Assembly (NCBI GenBank): GCA_035479795.1
Contig: DATIII010000008.1
Coordinates: 94,487 to 158,486, forward strand
Length of the DNA stretch: 64,000 bases
Source of the DNA: Candidatus Saccharimonadales bacterium
Lineage (GTDB): Bacteria; Patescibacteriota; Saccharimonadia; UBA4664; SCTI01
Reading direction: 5' to 3'
Shown: positions 16,806-25,834 of the stretch, in pieces
How positions within the stretch are numbered: position 1 is the stretch's first letter
How the letters are laid out: each line of letters opens with the position of its first letter
Notes under the pieces: model-generated
Told to the model about the DNA's origin: nothing
Seen by the model: only the letters and a program-made list of their open reading frames with translations
The model's database searches: none
Made by a program: the position numbers and the translations under genes

Positions 16806-16892
16806 GCGGACGTGGCGGAATGGTAGACGCGCCAGCTTGAGGGGCTGGTGACCGCTTAGGTCGTGGAGGTTCAAGTCCTCTCGTCCGCACCA
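16806..16892 (+). tRNA. tRNA-Leu (anticodon GAG)
   Basis: GCGGACG…CGTCCGCACCA; anticodon arm CCAGC-TTGAGGG-GCTGG; long variable arm. Confidence 0.85.
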
Positions 16893-16960
16893 GTAAGCAA
16901 TTATTTGTAATTTATCACCCATAGGTCATCATAGAAGTGACTCGACCGAAGGAGTGGCAC

Positions 16961-17506
16961 ATGAAGTTTGGGCGGCAAGGATCCGAAGCCGCCTTAATGC
17001 GGCGCAAGGTCCTATTTCTACTCGTCAACTCACGTGAGCCTAAGCGCCCTCGCGAACTAGTTGAGATGGGCTGGGGCAAGGATAGCGGCCACATCATCGA
17101 GCAAAAGGTAGGTTTGGCGCTGCGTTGGCTAAAAGATGCCGGGCTAGTCAGGCAGGTTCCGAACGAAACTCTGACATGGCCAAAATGGGAGGTCAACGAG
17201 CAAGCCCGAGTGATTTTTGCCGGAGAAGCTGAAACCGAATCTCTCCCGATCGCTATACCCGATCGAGACGTCTACCCCGAGATTAACGACGTCAACGGCG
17301 AAGACGGCATTCGCTTTGTCGGGGTGGATCAGGACCAATCGCGTGATGACGGAGATTTGGGCGTCCTAATCGAGGGCTACCACCCCGAGGTGATGCTGAC
17401 CCCGGAGGGAGCTGAGGAGTTAGCTGACCGGTTGCGCCAAGCTGCTGCCCGGGCTCGGTTTGAGCAACAGGGCCGTGGCGCTATAGGAGGCGAGGCTTCA
17501 TCGTGA
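16961..17506 (+). CDS. hypothetical protein with an N-terminal winged-helix-like region (GC-rich)
   Basis: Starts MKFGRQ…; followed by a GGGAGGGG-tttcgg-CCCCTCCC hairpin. Confidence 0.45.
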   Translation: MKFGRQGSEAALMRRKVLFLLVNSREPKRPRELVEMGWGKDSGHIIEQKVGLALRWLKDAGLVRQVPNETLTWPKWEVNEQARVIFAGEAETESLPIAIPDRDVYPEINDVNGEDGIRFVGVDQDQSRDDGDLGVLIEGYHPEVMLTPEGAEELADRLRQAAARARFEQQGRGAIGGEASS

Positions 17507-17530
17507 GGGAGGGGTTTCGGCCCCTCCCTT
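17507..17530 (+). terminator. GC hairpin after the 16961-17506 gene (weak U tract)
   Basis: GGGAGGGGtttcggCCCCTCCC. Confidence 0.4.
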
Positions 17531-17569
17531 GAAGCATCATCAAGCTATCTGTATGATTAATCAGGTTTA

Positions 17570-17646
17570 GGGCGATTAGCTCAGCTGGCTAGAGCACCTC
17601 GTTTACACCGAGGGGGTCGGGGGTTCGAATCCCTCATCGCCCACCA
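17570..17646 (+). tRNA. tRNA-Val (anticodon UAC)
   Basis: GGGCGATTAGCTCAGCTGG…; anticodon arm CCTCG-TTTACAC-CGAGG; T-loop GGTTCGAATCC; CCA. Confidence 0.85.
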
Positions 17647-17661
17647 TGCTATAATCTGCTT

Positions 17662-17883
17662 ATGTTTAGAAAATTCGATAAACACAAGCCATATTTTAGA
17701 GCTGTGGCCATGGCCACTATCTTGTGTGGAGCAGCCATCTTTGCCCTCGGAGTGGTTGAATTGCTATTCAACTTGTTCGGGACTACCAACTTTGTTAGCC
17801 CGGTAGGCAAGATAGCAGTTGGTCTAGTTGCGACCTCTCTAGGCTACATCCACCTCGAGCTCGAACAAATCCGCATCAAGTAG
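17662..17883 (+). CDS. small membrane protein, hypothetical
   Basis: 73 aa with two hydrophobic helices. Confidence 0.4.
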   Translation: MFRKFDKHKPYFRAVAMATILCGAAIFALGVVELLFNLFGTTNFVSPVGKIAVGLVATSLGYIHLELEQIRIK

Positions 17884-17941
17884 CTACTACTCAAGCGCTA
17901 TTTGTAAAAGTTGCCGTTTCTCGGTATGATTTTGTGGTTGC

Positions 17942-18017
17942 GGCGCCTTAGCTCAGCTGGTAGAGCAGTGGCCTGAAGAGCCTCGTGTCGCTGGTTCGAG
18001 TCCAGCAGGCGCCACCA
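17942..18017 (+). tRNA. tRNA-Phe (anticodon GAA)
   Basis: GGCGCCTTAGCTCAGCTGGTAGAGC…; anticodon loop CTGAAGA with one U-U mismatch in the anticodon stem; CCA. Confidence 0.8.
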
Positions 18018-18018
18018 T

Positions 18019-18094
18019 GCGGGTGTAGCTCAGTTGATAGAGCGCTTCCTTGCCAAGGAAGAGGCCCCGGGTTTGAGTCCCGGTACCCGCACCA
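18019..18094 (+). tRNA. tRNA-Gly (anticodon GCC)
   Basis: GCGGGTGTAGCTCAGTTGATAGAGC…; anticodon arm CTTCC-TTGCCAA-GGAAG; only 1 nt after tRNA-Phe. Confidence 0.85.
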
Positions 18095-18336
18095 AAAGGG
18101 AATTATAAAAGTGACTGACAAGATGGAAATCATACAACAAAGTCATAAGAGGGCAGAGGAATTCATTACCTTGGACGGGGCGATGCAGGCTCCGGGCGCG
18201 TCATAGGCTATTTGTTGTATACTTATCGCAGCATATAAGCCCGCGTACAGGGCGAATCCTAATCCCCAAAGGGAGTAATTCGCTAGCGGCTCTGCGCAAA
18301 ATTCGGGGACTTTTATTAATTAATAGGAGTCTTGCG

Positions 18337-18498
18337 ATGTCGAAAATGACAAAGGAAGAGCAGCTCGACTGGTACGAGCGATCGCATAAGAATTGGCGAT
18401 CGTGGGGTAGCTGGTTTAGCTGGGGGTCTCCGGTCGGGCTTGGATTATTTTTTATCCAAATAGCCGCTGCGATCTGGATTCTAACCCAAGCGTTCTAA
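18337..18498 (+). CDS. small Trp-rich membrane protein (53 aa, not in the ORF track)
   Basis: AGGAG RBS followed by ATG; MSKMTKEEQLDWYERSHKNWRSWGSWFSWGSPVGLGLFFIQIAAAIWILTQAF; followed by a terminator. Confidence 0.35.
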   Translation: MSKMTKEEQLDWYERSHKNWRSWGSWFSWGSPVGLGLFFIQIAAAIWILTQAF

Positions 18499-18499
18499 G

Positions 18500-18535
18500 A
18501 AAATAACACCCGCTGAACCGGGTGTTATTTTTATC
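18500..18535 (+). terminator. rho-independent terminator (AATAACACCCG-loop-CGGGTGTTATT followed by TTTAT)
   Basis: 11-bp stem followed by a T run. Confidence 0.7.
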
Positions 18536-18553
18536 GTTTGATATAGTTTAAGT

Positions 18554-18904
18554 ATGAAACTCGAGCGACTATACGCCACTAGCTTTGCCAGTATCTACCC
18601 TTATTATATTCGAAAAGCTGAGGCCAAAGGGCGCAGCAAGTCAGAGCTGGACGAGATTATTCGCTGGCTGACAGGCTACAGCCAACAGCAGCTAGAAGCC
18701 CAGATTGAGAAAAAGACTGGCCTCGAGGATTTTTATAGCCAAGGCAAGCTAAACCCGGCGCGAAAGTTAATCACTGGCGTGATTTGTGGCGTCCGCGTGG
18801 AAGATATCCAAGAACCAACCATGCAAGAAATCCGCTACCTTGATAAGCTTGTTGACGAGCTTGCCAAGGGCAAAGCGATGGAGAAGATTCTAAGAAAGGC
18901 CTAA
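18554..18904 (+). CDS. DUF2200 family protein
   Basis: [42 protein letters not shown] matches the DUF2200 N-terminal signature from memory. Confidence 0.55.
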   Translation: MKLERLYATSFASIYPYYIRKAEAKGRSKSELDEIIRWLTGYSQQQLEAQIEKKTGLEDFYSQGKLNPARKLITGVICGVRVEDIQEPTMQEIRYLDKLVDELAKGKAMEKILRKA

Positions 18905-18908
18905 AAAT

Positions 18909-19244
18909 CTACATTCCGGGGGCGGGTAGCAGCTCGTAAACCTCAACACTAAATTGACCAGTCTTGTCACTCAAAAATGGATGGCCATCCACTAGTTTCA
19001 CAGCCGCTTCCATATCCTCAGCCTGGAGAATACTAAATCCATTTAGCTGATCTGCCTGCCCCGCCGATCCATCATCAACTACCGACTGACCACCGGGAGC
19101 CATTGGCTGGCCCATGTCAGCAATAGCGGCACCGACCTTTTCCATCCAGGCTTTCCAGTTTTCCATTACCTTCTGCGTTGCATCTGGGCTCATTTGTTCT
19201 GGCGGAGTAGCCGGACCTTTGTATAGCAACATAAACTTTTTCAT
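18909..19244 (-). CDS. YciI-like (DGPF domain) protein
   Basis: MKKFMLLYKGP…ENWKAWMEKVG…GFSILQAEDMEAAVKLVDGHPF; ~110 aa. Confidence 0.55.
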   Translation of the reverse strand: MKKFMLLYKGPATPPEQMSPDATQKVMENWKAWMEKVGAAIADMGQPMAPGGQSVVDDGSAGQADQLNGFSILQAEDMEAAVKLVDGHPFLSDKTGQFSVEVYELLPAPGM

Positions 19245-19378
19245 AATTCCTCCTAATATTTAACTTATGCTTTGGCAAAGCCATAATTTAATAATAGGCC
19301 TTCGACCAAAAAGTTGATAGTGATAGTACTTTTCCGATAGATCTCCCGACTTGGCTCTAGATGACATCCTGAGTCCTG

Positions 19379-21013
19379 CTATGAGTGCGGCATGTGGTCG
19401 TAGAGGTGCTTCATTGAATATTCGTGACGAAGCAGTGGCTCCAAATCTTTTTTGGTGACATTCAATTTTATTCGTGGGTTAAAGATGCCTTTGGGGTCAC
19501 AGATTTTTTTGACCTCCAAAAATAGATCGTACATTTCTTTGCCATAGAGCTTCTCCAAATACGGCGCGCGTAGTAAGCCATCATTATGCTCACCGCAAGT
19601 TGAACCACCCATCTTGATCACCATGTTGTAATAGTCATCCATGACCTCGAACACCTTTTTGCGATCTTTCACCTTGGAAAGATCCATGAATGGCTGCATA
19701 TGGAAGTTGGCGTTGCCGGCGTGACCCCAGACGGCAATTTCTAATTTGTGTTTCTTCAGCAGTTTGTAGACCGCCTCTAAGAATTCAGGCAACTTTTCCA
19801 CCGGCACGACACCGTCTTCGATAATCGGCAGGGCCTTGGTGGGGCCATTGTTCATCCAGATAACGGCAGCGGCGCTCCGACGGATCTGCCATAGACGGTC
19901 CTGCTCTTTAATATCAACCGAGGTCCGTTGAGCATAGGCTAGTTTAGCCAAAATCTTTCCAGCTCGTCGACCCAAGACATTCTGCCGAAAATGCGAATGA
20001 TTATCGAATTCAATCAAAATCACAATCTTGGGCAGATCCCCTGGGGGCAGAAGGTCTTCCAGACTTTCTGGTCGGTTTTTCCGCAAGAAGTCGAGCAAAT
20101 AAAAGTCAACCACCTCCATGGCGCTGGGATTTAGCTTTTGCAATTTCAACACCGCCTCGCCGGCCTTCTCGATCGAGTCAAAATACCCAACCACTAAGTT
20201 GGTCCGTGGCTCATATTGGGCAGTAGCGAAAGTAATCTCGGTGGTAATCCCCAGTGTGCCCTGGGCCCCGACAAGCAGCTGCCCCAGATCAAACGAGCCA
20301 TCCTTGCCCTTAACTCGGGCTAGGGCATAGCCCGCTGAGTTTTTGCTCGTCTTTGGGCCGGCTTCTTTAATAAGTCCTAGATTATCTTGGATCAAGCCGT
20401 CGATTCCCCGATAGATCTCGCCCTCCCTGGTCGACAGTCCCTTCTTGCGGTTCAGCTCGCGCTTGCTAATCCGTTTGGTTTCAATAATGCTGCCGTCATC
20501 CAGCACCACGTTCATGCGCTTTACCCAGTCTCGAGTTGCGCCATACTTTAACGTCTTTTCGCCGCAGGTGTTATTGGCGACGGCCCCGCCCATGGTCGCA
20601 TAGTCGATCGACGAAGGATACGGCGGCAAGAAGCGATGATGTGTATGGAGTGTCTTCTGAAGGTCACCAAAGATAATTCCGGGCTGAACGGTCACCGTAT
20701 CCTTTGTCAGTTTGAGAATTTTGTTCATGACCGCCGGAAAAACCACCATGGCTCCGTCGCCCAGGGCTCCTCCGGCCTGATCCGTCCCCTTGCCACGCGC
20801 TATCAGACTGAATTTGCGTCCACTCTTGTCAGCCTCAGCTCGGGCGTAGCGCACAGCAGCGGCCACGTCGGCCTCACTCCGAGGATAAATGACGGCAGAA
20901 GGCATGATCGTAAAAACACTGCCGTCGGTAGCAAAATAGCTACGAGCATGATCGGCATCGGTTACACTGCCATCAATCAGTTTTTCAAGCTCTTTGATCT
21001 GACCGGATTTCAT
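19379..21013 (-). CDS. FAD-binding oxidoreductase (FAD-linked oxidase, GlcD/D-lactate dehydrogenase-like)
   Basis: 544 aa with an N-terminal FAD-binding PCMH-type fold (…GKGTDQAGGALG…VVFP…) and a C-terminal FAD-oxidase domain. Confidence 0.8.
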   Translation of the reverse strand: MKSGQIKELEKLIDGSVTDADHARSYFATDGSVFTIMPSAVIYPRSEADVAAAVRYARAEADKSGRKFSLIARGKGTDQAGGALGDGAMVVFPAVMNKILKLTKDTVTVQPGIIFGDLQKTLHTHHRFLPPYPSSIDYATMGGAVANNTCGEKTLKYGATRDWVKRMNVVLDDGSIIETKRISKRELNRKKGLSTREGEIYRGIDGLIQDNLGLIKEAGPKTSKNSAGYALARVKGKDGSFDLGQLLVGAQGTLGITTEITFATAQYEPRTNLVVGYFDSIEKAGEAVLKLQKLNPSAMEVVDFYLLDFLRKNRPESLEDLLPPGDLPKIVILIEFDNHSHFRQNVLGRRAGKILAKLAYAQRTSVDIKEQDRLWQIRRSAAAVIWMNNGPTKALPIIEDGVVPVEKLPEFLEAVYKLLKKHKLEIAVWGHAGNANFHMQPFMDLSKVKDRKKVFEVMDDYYNMVIKMGGSTCGEHNDGLLRAPYLEKLYGKEMYDLFLEVKKICDPKGIFNPRIKLNVTKKDLEPLLRHEYSMKHLYDHMPHS

Positions 21014-21041
21014 ATCTTAAACATAACAGCTTTGTAACCTG

Positions 21042-21839
21042 TTGACCAGACTCGACAGGTGTGACCGCAGAGGGCATAATTGTATGGTTATGAAGCGCGT
21101 ATACAATAACTGGCTGGTTCGGGCGACTCTTGGCTTTGCTGCTATGACTGGCGCTCGGGTAGTCTCAACCCTGCTACATATGACCACACTCGACAAGCTC
21201 TACAAGCCCAGAGATTTTCGACGGACCAGTCATATTGAACTCAGCGACGAGATAACCTCCAGCCTCCCGCGCTACTGCCAGACAGTTTATGGCCTGAAAA
21301 TGGATCCAATTAATCTAATGTTTATCGGCACCGAAGCCGGGCTGCGTCGAGCCTTCGAAAAGGCGGGCTGGCATGGCGCGCATCCCTCTACTCCCGTTCA
21401 TCTTTTTCTCGGTCTAGTCTCAAGTGTGTTTCGCCGGTCGTACAAACAAGGTCCGTTTATGCCGCTATTCGTCGATATCGGCATGCAAGATCTGGCGTTT
21501 CAAAAAACTACCAAGACTAACAAGTTTGCCCAGCGTCATCATATCCGCATCTGGCGCACTCGCCATAAATTGGGCGACCGTAATTACCTGTGGGTGGCCG
21601 CCGCTACTCATGAAACCGGCATGAAGGTTGTATGGTTACCTCCCTTCATCGTCCACCGCATGGATCCTGACTTGGATTATGAACGTGACTTTATCGCCGG
21701 CGAGCTAATCGAACAGGGCCATTTGATGGCCGGCGACCACCAGCTAAATGATGCAATTAAACGCACCAAGCCCAAACGCAATCCCAATAATGACCATTAT
21801 TACAGCGATGGTCGGGCCAAGGCCATCGAGATAGTTTAA
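21042..21839 (+). CDS. hypothetical protein, possibly LssY C-terminal-like (HHIRIW motif); true start may be Met21090
   Basis: N-terminal TM helix; RHHIRIWRT motif; divergent from the FAD oxidase gene. Confidence 0.4.
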   Translation: MTRLDRCDRRGHNCMVMKRVYNNWLVRATLGFAAMTGARVVSTLLHMTTLDKLYKPRDFRRTSHIELSDEITSSLPRYCQTVYGLKMDPINLMFIGTEAGLRRAFEKAGWHGAHPSTPVHLFLGLVSSVFRRSYKQGPFMPLFVDIGMQDLAFQKTTKTNKFAQRHHIRIWRTRHKLGDRNYLWVAAATHETGMKVVWLPPFIVHRMDPDLDYERDFIAGELIEQGHLMAGDHQLNDAIKRTKPKRNPNNDHYYSDGRAKAIEIV

Positions 21840-21890
21840 ACGAAAAACCCACCCTCACCGGCGGGCTTTCCGCAGCGGCGAAGATGGGCT

Positions 21891-22190
21891 TCAAACGAGG
21901 TGAGACCTGAGAAGCTGCGGAGACATGGGCTTCTCAGGGGCATATCCCCAATTCAGTGCGAACTTGGAGTCTTTGTCCTCCACCGTGTAGCAGACCTCGT
22001 CGCCCACATTCGGCGGCATTAGGTCGGGAACTCCTACGGAGTTTCGCTTGGCCTCAAAAGCCAGATTGATTGTCCCCTTCGGGTGCCGGCCATCGAGGTA
22101 GCGGAACTTAACTGACCGCCCCCGGTTGGCTGGAGCGATAAAACCCTCGCCGGTAGTTGGATCAAACTTCACAACGCTGCCGTATTTCAT
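21891..22190 (-). CDS. hypothetical protein with a cold-shock/OB-like N-terminus (GC-rich)
   Basis: MKYGSVVKFDPTTGEGFIAP resembles a CSD N-terminus; ATGA overlap with the upstream gene. Confidence 0.4.
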   Translation of the reverse strand: MKYGSVVKFDPTTGEGFIAPANRGRSVKFRYLDGRHPKGTINLAFEAKRNSVGVPDLMPPNVGDEVCYTVEDKDSKFALNWGYAPEKPMSPQLLRSHLV

Positions 22191-22444
22191 CAGCCATCAT
22201 CTCCCATGAAGCTTTCGATGATTTTCTCCAGACGCTGCTTGGCCTCTCGAATTTGAGACCCTGCCGCGTGGTTGGCACCATGAGCCAGCGAGGTCTGGGC
22301 CACTCCCAGCTGATCGGCTACCGATGTCAGATTGGTGACCATTCTCTGGCAAAATGCGTCGACCTCGTCACCTAGGCCTGCCTCCTCGATTTCACGCAGG
22401 TTCGGAAAGAAGCCCTTGGTCAGACTGCTCAAATGCCATGTCAT
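22190..22444 (-). CDS. small protein with a sigma-70 region-4-like HTH (GC-rich)
   Basis: …NLTSVADQLGVAQTSLAHGANHAAGSQIREAKQRLEK… resembles the recognition helix of sigma region 4. Confidence 0.4.
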   Translation of the reverse strand: MTWHLSSLTKGFFPNLREIEEAGLGDEVDAFCQRMVTNLTSVADQLGVAQTSLAHGANHAAGSQIREAKQRLEKIIESFMGDDG

Positions 22445-22583
22445 TTCAATACCCCTCTACCGTTTGCACGATTAACTGGGATTATACGCTTAAGGTTGTG
22501 AGGGTCAATATAATTGCTGGAGGGCGAGAGGACAGCGCTCGAATTACGTTCGCGCTAAAGCCCCACATCGATGAGGCGTTTAC

Positions 22584-22669
22584 TGGTGGGCGAGAGAGGA
22601 CTTGAACCTCCACGAGCTTGCGCTCACTAGTACCTGAAACTAGCGTGTCTACCATTTCACCACCCGCCC
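22584..22669 (-). tRNA. tRNA-Leu (anticodon CAG)
   Basis: GGGCGGG…CTCGCCCACCA; anticodon arm CTAGT-TTCAGGT-ACTAG; long variable arm. Confidence 0.85.
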
Positions 22670-22725
22670 GAGTGTGAATTTACACTCAGACAAGCTTAAC
22701 CCAGACAAGATAAAATTTCTAGTCG

Positions 22726-24480
22726 CTACTGACCGATCAATTTAGTCCGCACGGCCCAATGTTCAACGCCGTAAAAGCGATCGGATGGTGTGATGAGATG
22801 TTTGGTACTAAAGCCGTAAACTTCTTTGTTTTGAGCGTAAAGATAGTTTGGCGAATACAACATGACCGCCGGAGTATCAGCCACCCAAGCTTGGGCGAAG
22901 GCCTTGTACTTAGCGGCTCGCAGGCCAGGCTCACGAACGGTCCGTCCACCCTCCAGCGCCTTATCCACTGCTGGTGACTTGTACGCTGAAAGATTTAACC
23001 CGGGATCAGCTGCCTGCGACGAATGCCAAAAGGCATAAACATCGGGATCGGCCCCGACATTAATGCCGTACAGCAAGGCGTCGTATTTACGAGGACGGAT
23101 AAAGCTTTGTTGCAAGGTGGTTGGATCCACTTCCACAACGTGGACTCTAACGCCCACTTTAGCCCATTGATTTTTTATAGCGGTCGCCACTGCCCCATAG
23201 GTGCTGTCCGACTGGGTGACTAAATTAAGCTGCAGCACTTGATCTTGCTTTTTACGTGTTCCATCCGGCTGTTTCTTCCACCCAGCCGCCTCCAGCTCGG
23301 ACTCAGCGCCTTTTAAATCAAATCTGGGTTGATGGGCGACGCCCTTAATGGCCAGTTCTGTCGGCAGAAGTGGCGATGCTACTGGGGTGGCTTCCCCTCC
23401 CAAAGCTTCCTTAATTAGATCTCCACGGTTAGTGGCCTTGGCCAGTGCCTCGCGCACGGCTTTGTCTTGGAGCATCGGTGCCGAGTTCTTTAGAAATACA
23501 CCGACCTCATCTGGAGTAGTAAGCTCGCTGGCGTGTAGACTGGCCAGTTCGCGCGCCTCCGAAGCCTTGTCCCGCGGGGCTTTATTTACTCCCATTACCT
23601 GCCGCTTTATCAAGGCGTCATAGGCCTGTTCCGATGTGGAATAAGTTTTGAAAGTAATCGAGTCTAGGAGCGGTTTTTTGCCCCAATAGGCCGAGTTGGC
23701 CTTGAGTTCAACCTGACTTGCCGATGGGTCAAGCTGATCGAGTTTAAACGGCCCGGTACCCACTGGATGTTGATTAAAGCTGGCCACCCGCAGCTGGCTG
23801 GGCTCAGAATTTTCCAGCAAGTGGCGTGGGATGATGCCAATGGTTGTGGTGGTTAAAAAGGGCGTGAAGGGCTTGGGCAAGATTAGCTGCACGGTCAGAT
23901 CATCTGGCGTTTGAACCTTAACCCCCTTCCAGCTCAAATTGAGTGGAGAGCGAGTATCCGGATTTTGAACGGCCGCCAAAGTAAAGGCTACGTCAGCCGA
24001 GGAAAAGGGTACGCCATCATGCCATTTGACACCCTTGCGCAGTTTAAAGGTGTAGGTCCGGCCATCATCGCTAATCGCCCAGCTGCTTGCCAAGTCTGGC
24101 TCAACCTGGCCACTGGCGTTATAGCGAGTCAACCCATCAAACACCAGTCGGGTCACATCGGCACTGGCCGAACCCTCAGGCAGGATGGGATTAACATTTT
24201 TAATCGTCCCAGCCAGAGCTTCGGTATAGGTACCCCCCGCCAATGGCTGAATAAACAGCGTATTCTGGCGTAATCGTTCAACCTGTACGACCAAACCGAC
24301 ACCGACCAGCAGAATAAGCAGCCACCAACCAGCGGCAAAGCGGCGAATCATGGCCAATTGCCGCCATTTGCCGTAGAGATGCTGACGCGCATAGTCGGTC
24401 ACATCGACCCGTATTTTGGCAGCGTCGCGCCGATAGCGACGGATAGTTCGGTTGGCCCGAAAGCGGGTGTAAGATGGCAT
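22726..24480 (-). CDS. ABC transporter substrate-binding protein, family 5 (peptide/nickel, OppA/DppA-like)
   Basis: ~585 aa with an N-terminal TM/signal segment and the SBP family-5 fold. Start set at MPSYTRF… preceded by GAGG; the ORF track's longer N-terminus is rejected. Confidence 0.8.
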   Translation of the reverse strand: MPSYTRFRANRTIRRYRRDAAKIRVDVTDYARQHLYGKWRQLAMIRRFAAGWWLLILLVGVGLVVQVERLRQNTLFIQPLAGGTYTEALAGTIKNVNPILPEGSASADVTRLVFDGLTRYNASGQVEPDLASSWAISDDGRTYTFKLRKGVKWHDGVPFSSADVAFTLAAVQNPDTRSPLNLSWKGVKVQTPDDLTVQLILPKPFTPFLTTTTIGIIPRHLLENSEPSQLRVASFNQHPVGTGPFKLDQLDPSASQVELKANSAYWGKKPLLDSITFKTYSTSEQAYDALIKRQVMGVNKAPRDKASEARELASLHASELTTPDEVGVFLKNSAPMLQDKAVREALAKATNRGDLIKEALGGEATPVASPLLPTELAIKGVAHQPRFDLKGAESELEAAGWKKQPDGTRKKQDQVLQLNLVTQSDSTYGAVATAIKNQWAKVGVRVHVVEVDPTTLQQSFIRPRKYDALLYGINVGADPDVYAFWHSSQAADPGLNLSAYKSPAVDKALEGGRTVREPGLRAAKYKAFAQAWVADTPAVMLYSPNYLYAQNKEVYGFSTKHLITPSDRFYGVEHWAVRTKLIGQ

Positions 24481-24484
24481 ATGA

Positions 24485-24706
24485 TTACCTCTTGGAGAGT
24501 ATGCCCAAGATGATGGAAACCACAAACACGACTCCCGCCACAATGGTCGCGTTAAAGATTACCTTTTCGGCGCCGCGTTGACTGCGGTAAAAATTGGTGT
24601 CACCACCAAACCCGGCTCCTAAACTGGAACCACGGTGTTGCAGTAGAACTGTAGTTACAATTACCACCGCTGAAATAATCGTTAATGTATTGAATAAATT
24701 CTTCAT
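24485..24706 (-). CDS. secG: preprotein translocase subunit SecG
   Basis: 73 aa with two TM helices flanking the LLQHRGSSLGAGFGG glycine-rich loop. Confidence 0.8.
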   Translation of the reverse strand: MKNLFNTLTIISAVVIVTTVLLQHRGSSLGAGFGGDTNFYRSQRGAEKVIFNATIVAGVVFVVSIILGILSKR

Positions 24707-25075
24707 TTACTTGTGATTATGACGCGACCCTTCCAGCACGTCGGTAAGCAGATAGTTTACCAGCCAGATGATGACTGCGCCTAGTACCGCCTGCCCAAAG
24801 GAAGCCACGTGGAATGGGTGATAGAGCACGGTTACGAGGTACAGCATAAAGGCGTTGACCACAAAGGTAAAGAGACCGAGGGTCAGGACGATGGCTGGCA
24901 GCGCCAGTAAAATAATCAGCGGCCGGATAAAGGCGTTAACGATGGAGAAAACTAGCGCCGCCACAATTAGCACGGCCATCTTGTCATTGTAATCAATACC
25001 CGAAAGCAGGCTGGCAGCCACCCACAGACCGAGAAAGTTTAGCAGCCAGCGAAGAATGAATTTACGCACTAGCAT
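24707..25075 (-). CDS. phage holin family protein (4-TMS, PF04020-like)
   Basis: 122 aa with four TM helices; …WVAASLLSGIDYN…VNAFIRPLIILLALPAIVLTLGLFTFVVNAFMLYL…. Confidence 0.55.
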   Translation of the reverse strand: MLVRKFILRWLLNFLGLWVAASLLSGIDYNDKMAVLIVAALVFSIVNAFIRPLIILLALPAIVLTLGLFTFVVNAFMLYLVTVLYHPFHVASFGQAVLGAVIIWLVNYLLTDVLEGSRHNHK

Positions 25076-25437
25076 TAGTCGCCTTTGATTAACTTGTCGA
25101 CCTGTGAAGCTACATCTTCTGGGTTATGCTGCAACTTTGAGATGTATTTCAAAACGCCCAATTCCGAAGCTTCCGGCATTGATTCAAAATTGCTAACAAC
25201 CACAACTTTTAAGTCCTTGTTTTTATCGTCAGATCTAATTTCGCGCAGTAAGCCAATGCCGTCTAGGTTCGGCATGAGCATGTCGAGCAGCAGTAAATCT
25301 GGAGCCCCTTTTGCCAAAAGTTTTTGGCCTTCTAGGCCATCAGAGGCGGTTTCCACCTCATGTCCAAGCTTGGACAGCGCAGCCGAATAGGCTGTGCGCA
25401 AGCCGGTATCATCATCAACAACATATACTTTAGCCAT
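25075..25437 (-). CDS. response regulator, receiver domain only (CheY-like)
   Basis: DDD…LLLDMLMPNLDG…K; 120 aa with no output domain. Confidence 0.8.
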   Translation of the reverse strand: MAKVYVVDDDTGLRTAYSAALSKLGHEVETASDGLEGQKLLAKGAPDLLLLDMLMPNLDGIGLLREIRSDDKNKDLKVVVVSNFESMPEASELGVLKYISKLQHNPEDVASQVDKLIKGD

Positions 25438-25828
25438 TTTTTACCTCGCTTTTCTCTCCGGCGGATGCCATGGCTTCTTTAATAATCCCTACCATTTCTT
25501 TCGGCGTAAAGCTCGACTTCGTCAGGTACTTAGATGCCCCAAGCTGCATTGCATCCTTCACATCACTTGGCACCGACATATTGGAAAAGACAATAATCTT
25601 AGTTTTGGGGTGCTTATTCTTGGCATCAAAGGCCTTTAGAAATTCCAGGCCGTTCAGGTTAGGCATTAGCATATCCAGTAGAATCACATCTGGATTTTCC
25701 TGTTGGGCTAGTCGTAAGCCTTCAATGCCGTCGGGAGCCGTCTTGGTCTCATAACCCTCCATCGTCAGCACGGTATCATAGGCGCTTTGCAAAATTGCAT
25801 CATCTTCAATTATTAGAACCTTAGGCAT
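25430..25828 (-). CDS. response regulator, receiver domain only (CheY-like)
   Basis: IEDD…ILLDMLMPNLNGLEFL…; 132 aa. Confidence 0.8.
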   Translation of the reverse strand: MPKVLIIEDDAILQSAYDTVLTMEGYETKTAPDGIEGLRLAQQENPDVILLDMLMPNLNGLEFLKAFDAKNKHPKTKIIVFSNMSVPSDVKDAMQLGASKYLTKSSFTPKEMVGIIKEAMASAGEKSEVKNG

Positions 25829-25834
25829 AAATTT

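Noticed and set aside
17948-18206. ORF-track entries 17948-18133 (-) and 17985-18206 (+)
   Set aside because: They lie entirely over tRNA-Phe and tRNA-Gly. The translations (…GYRDSNPGPLPW…, …SSVDRALPCQGRGPGFESRYPHQKG…) are the usual read-throughs of tRNA sequence, not proteins.
22524-22536. Second copy of the tRNA-Leu(CAG) 3' end
   Set aside because: Only a 9-12 nt imperfect match. It could be chance, so it is mentioned only as weak support under another finding.
24338-24543. Long N-terminal extension of the OppA-like protein (ORF track start at 24543)
   Set aside because: It would overlap secG by ~60 bp. An internal ATG at 24480 has a good GAGG RBS and leaves a 4-bp gap to the secG stop.
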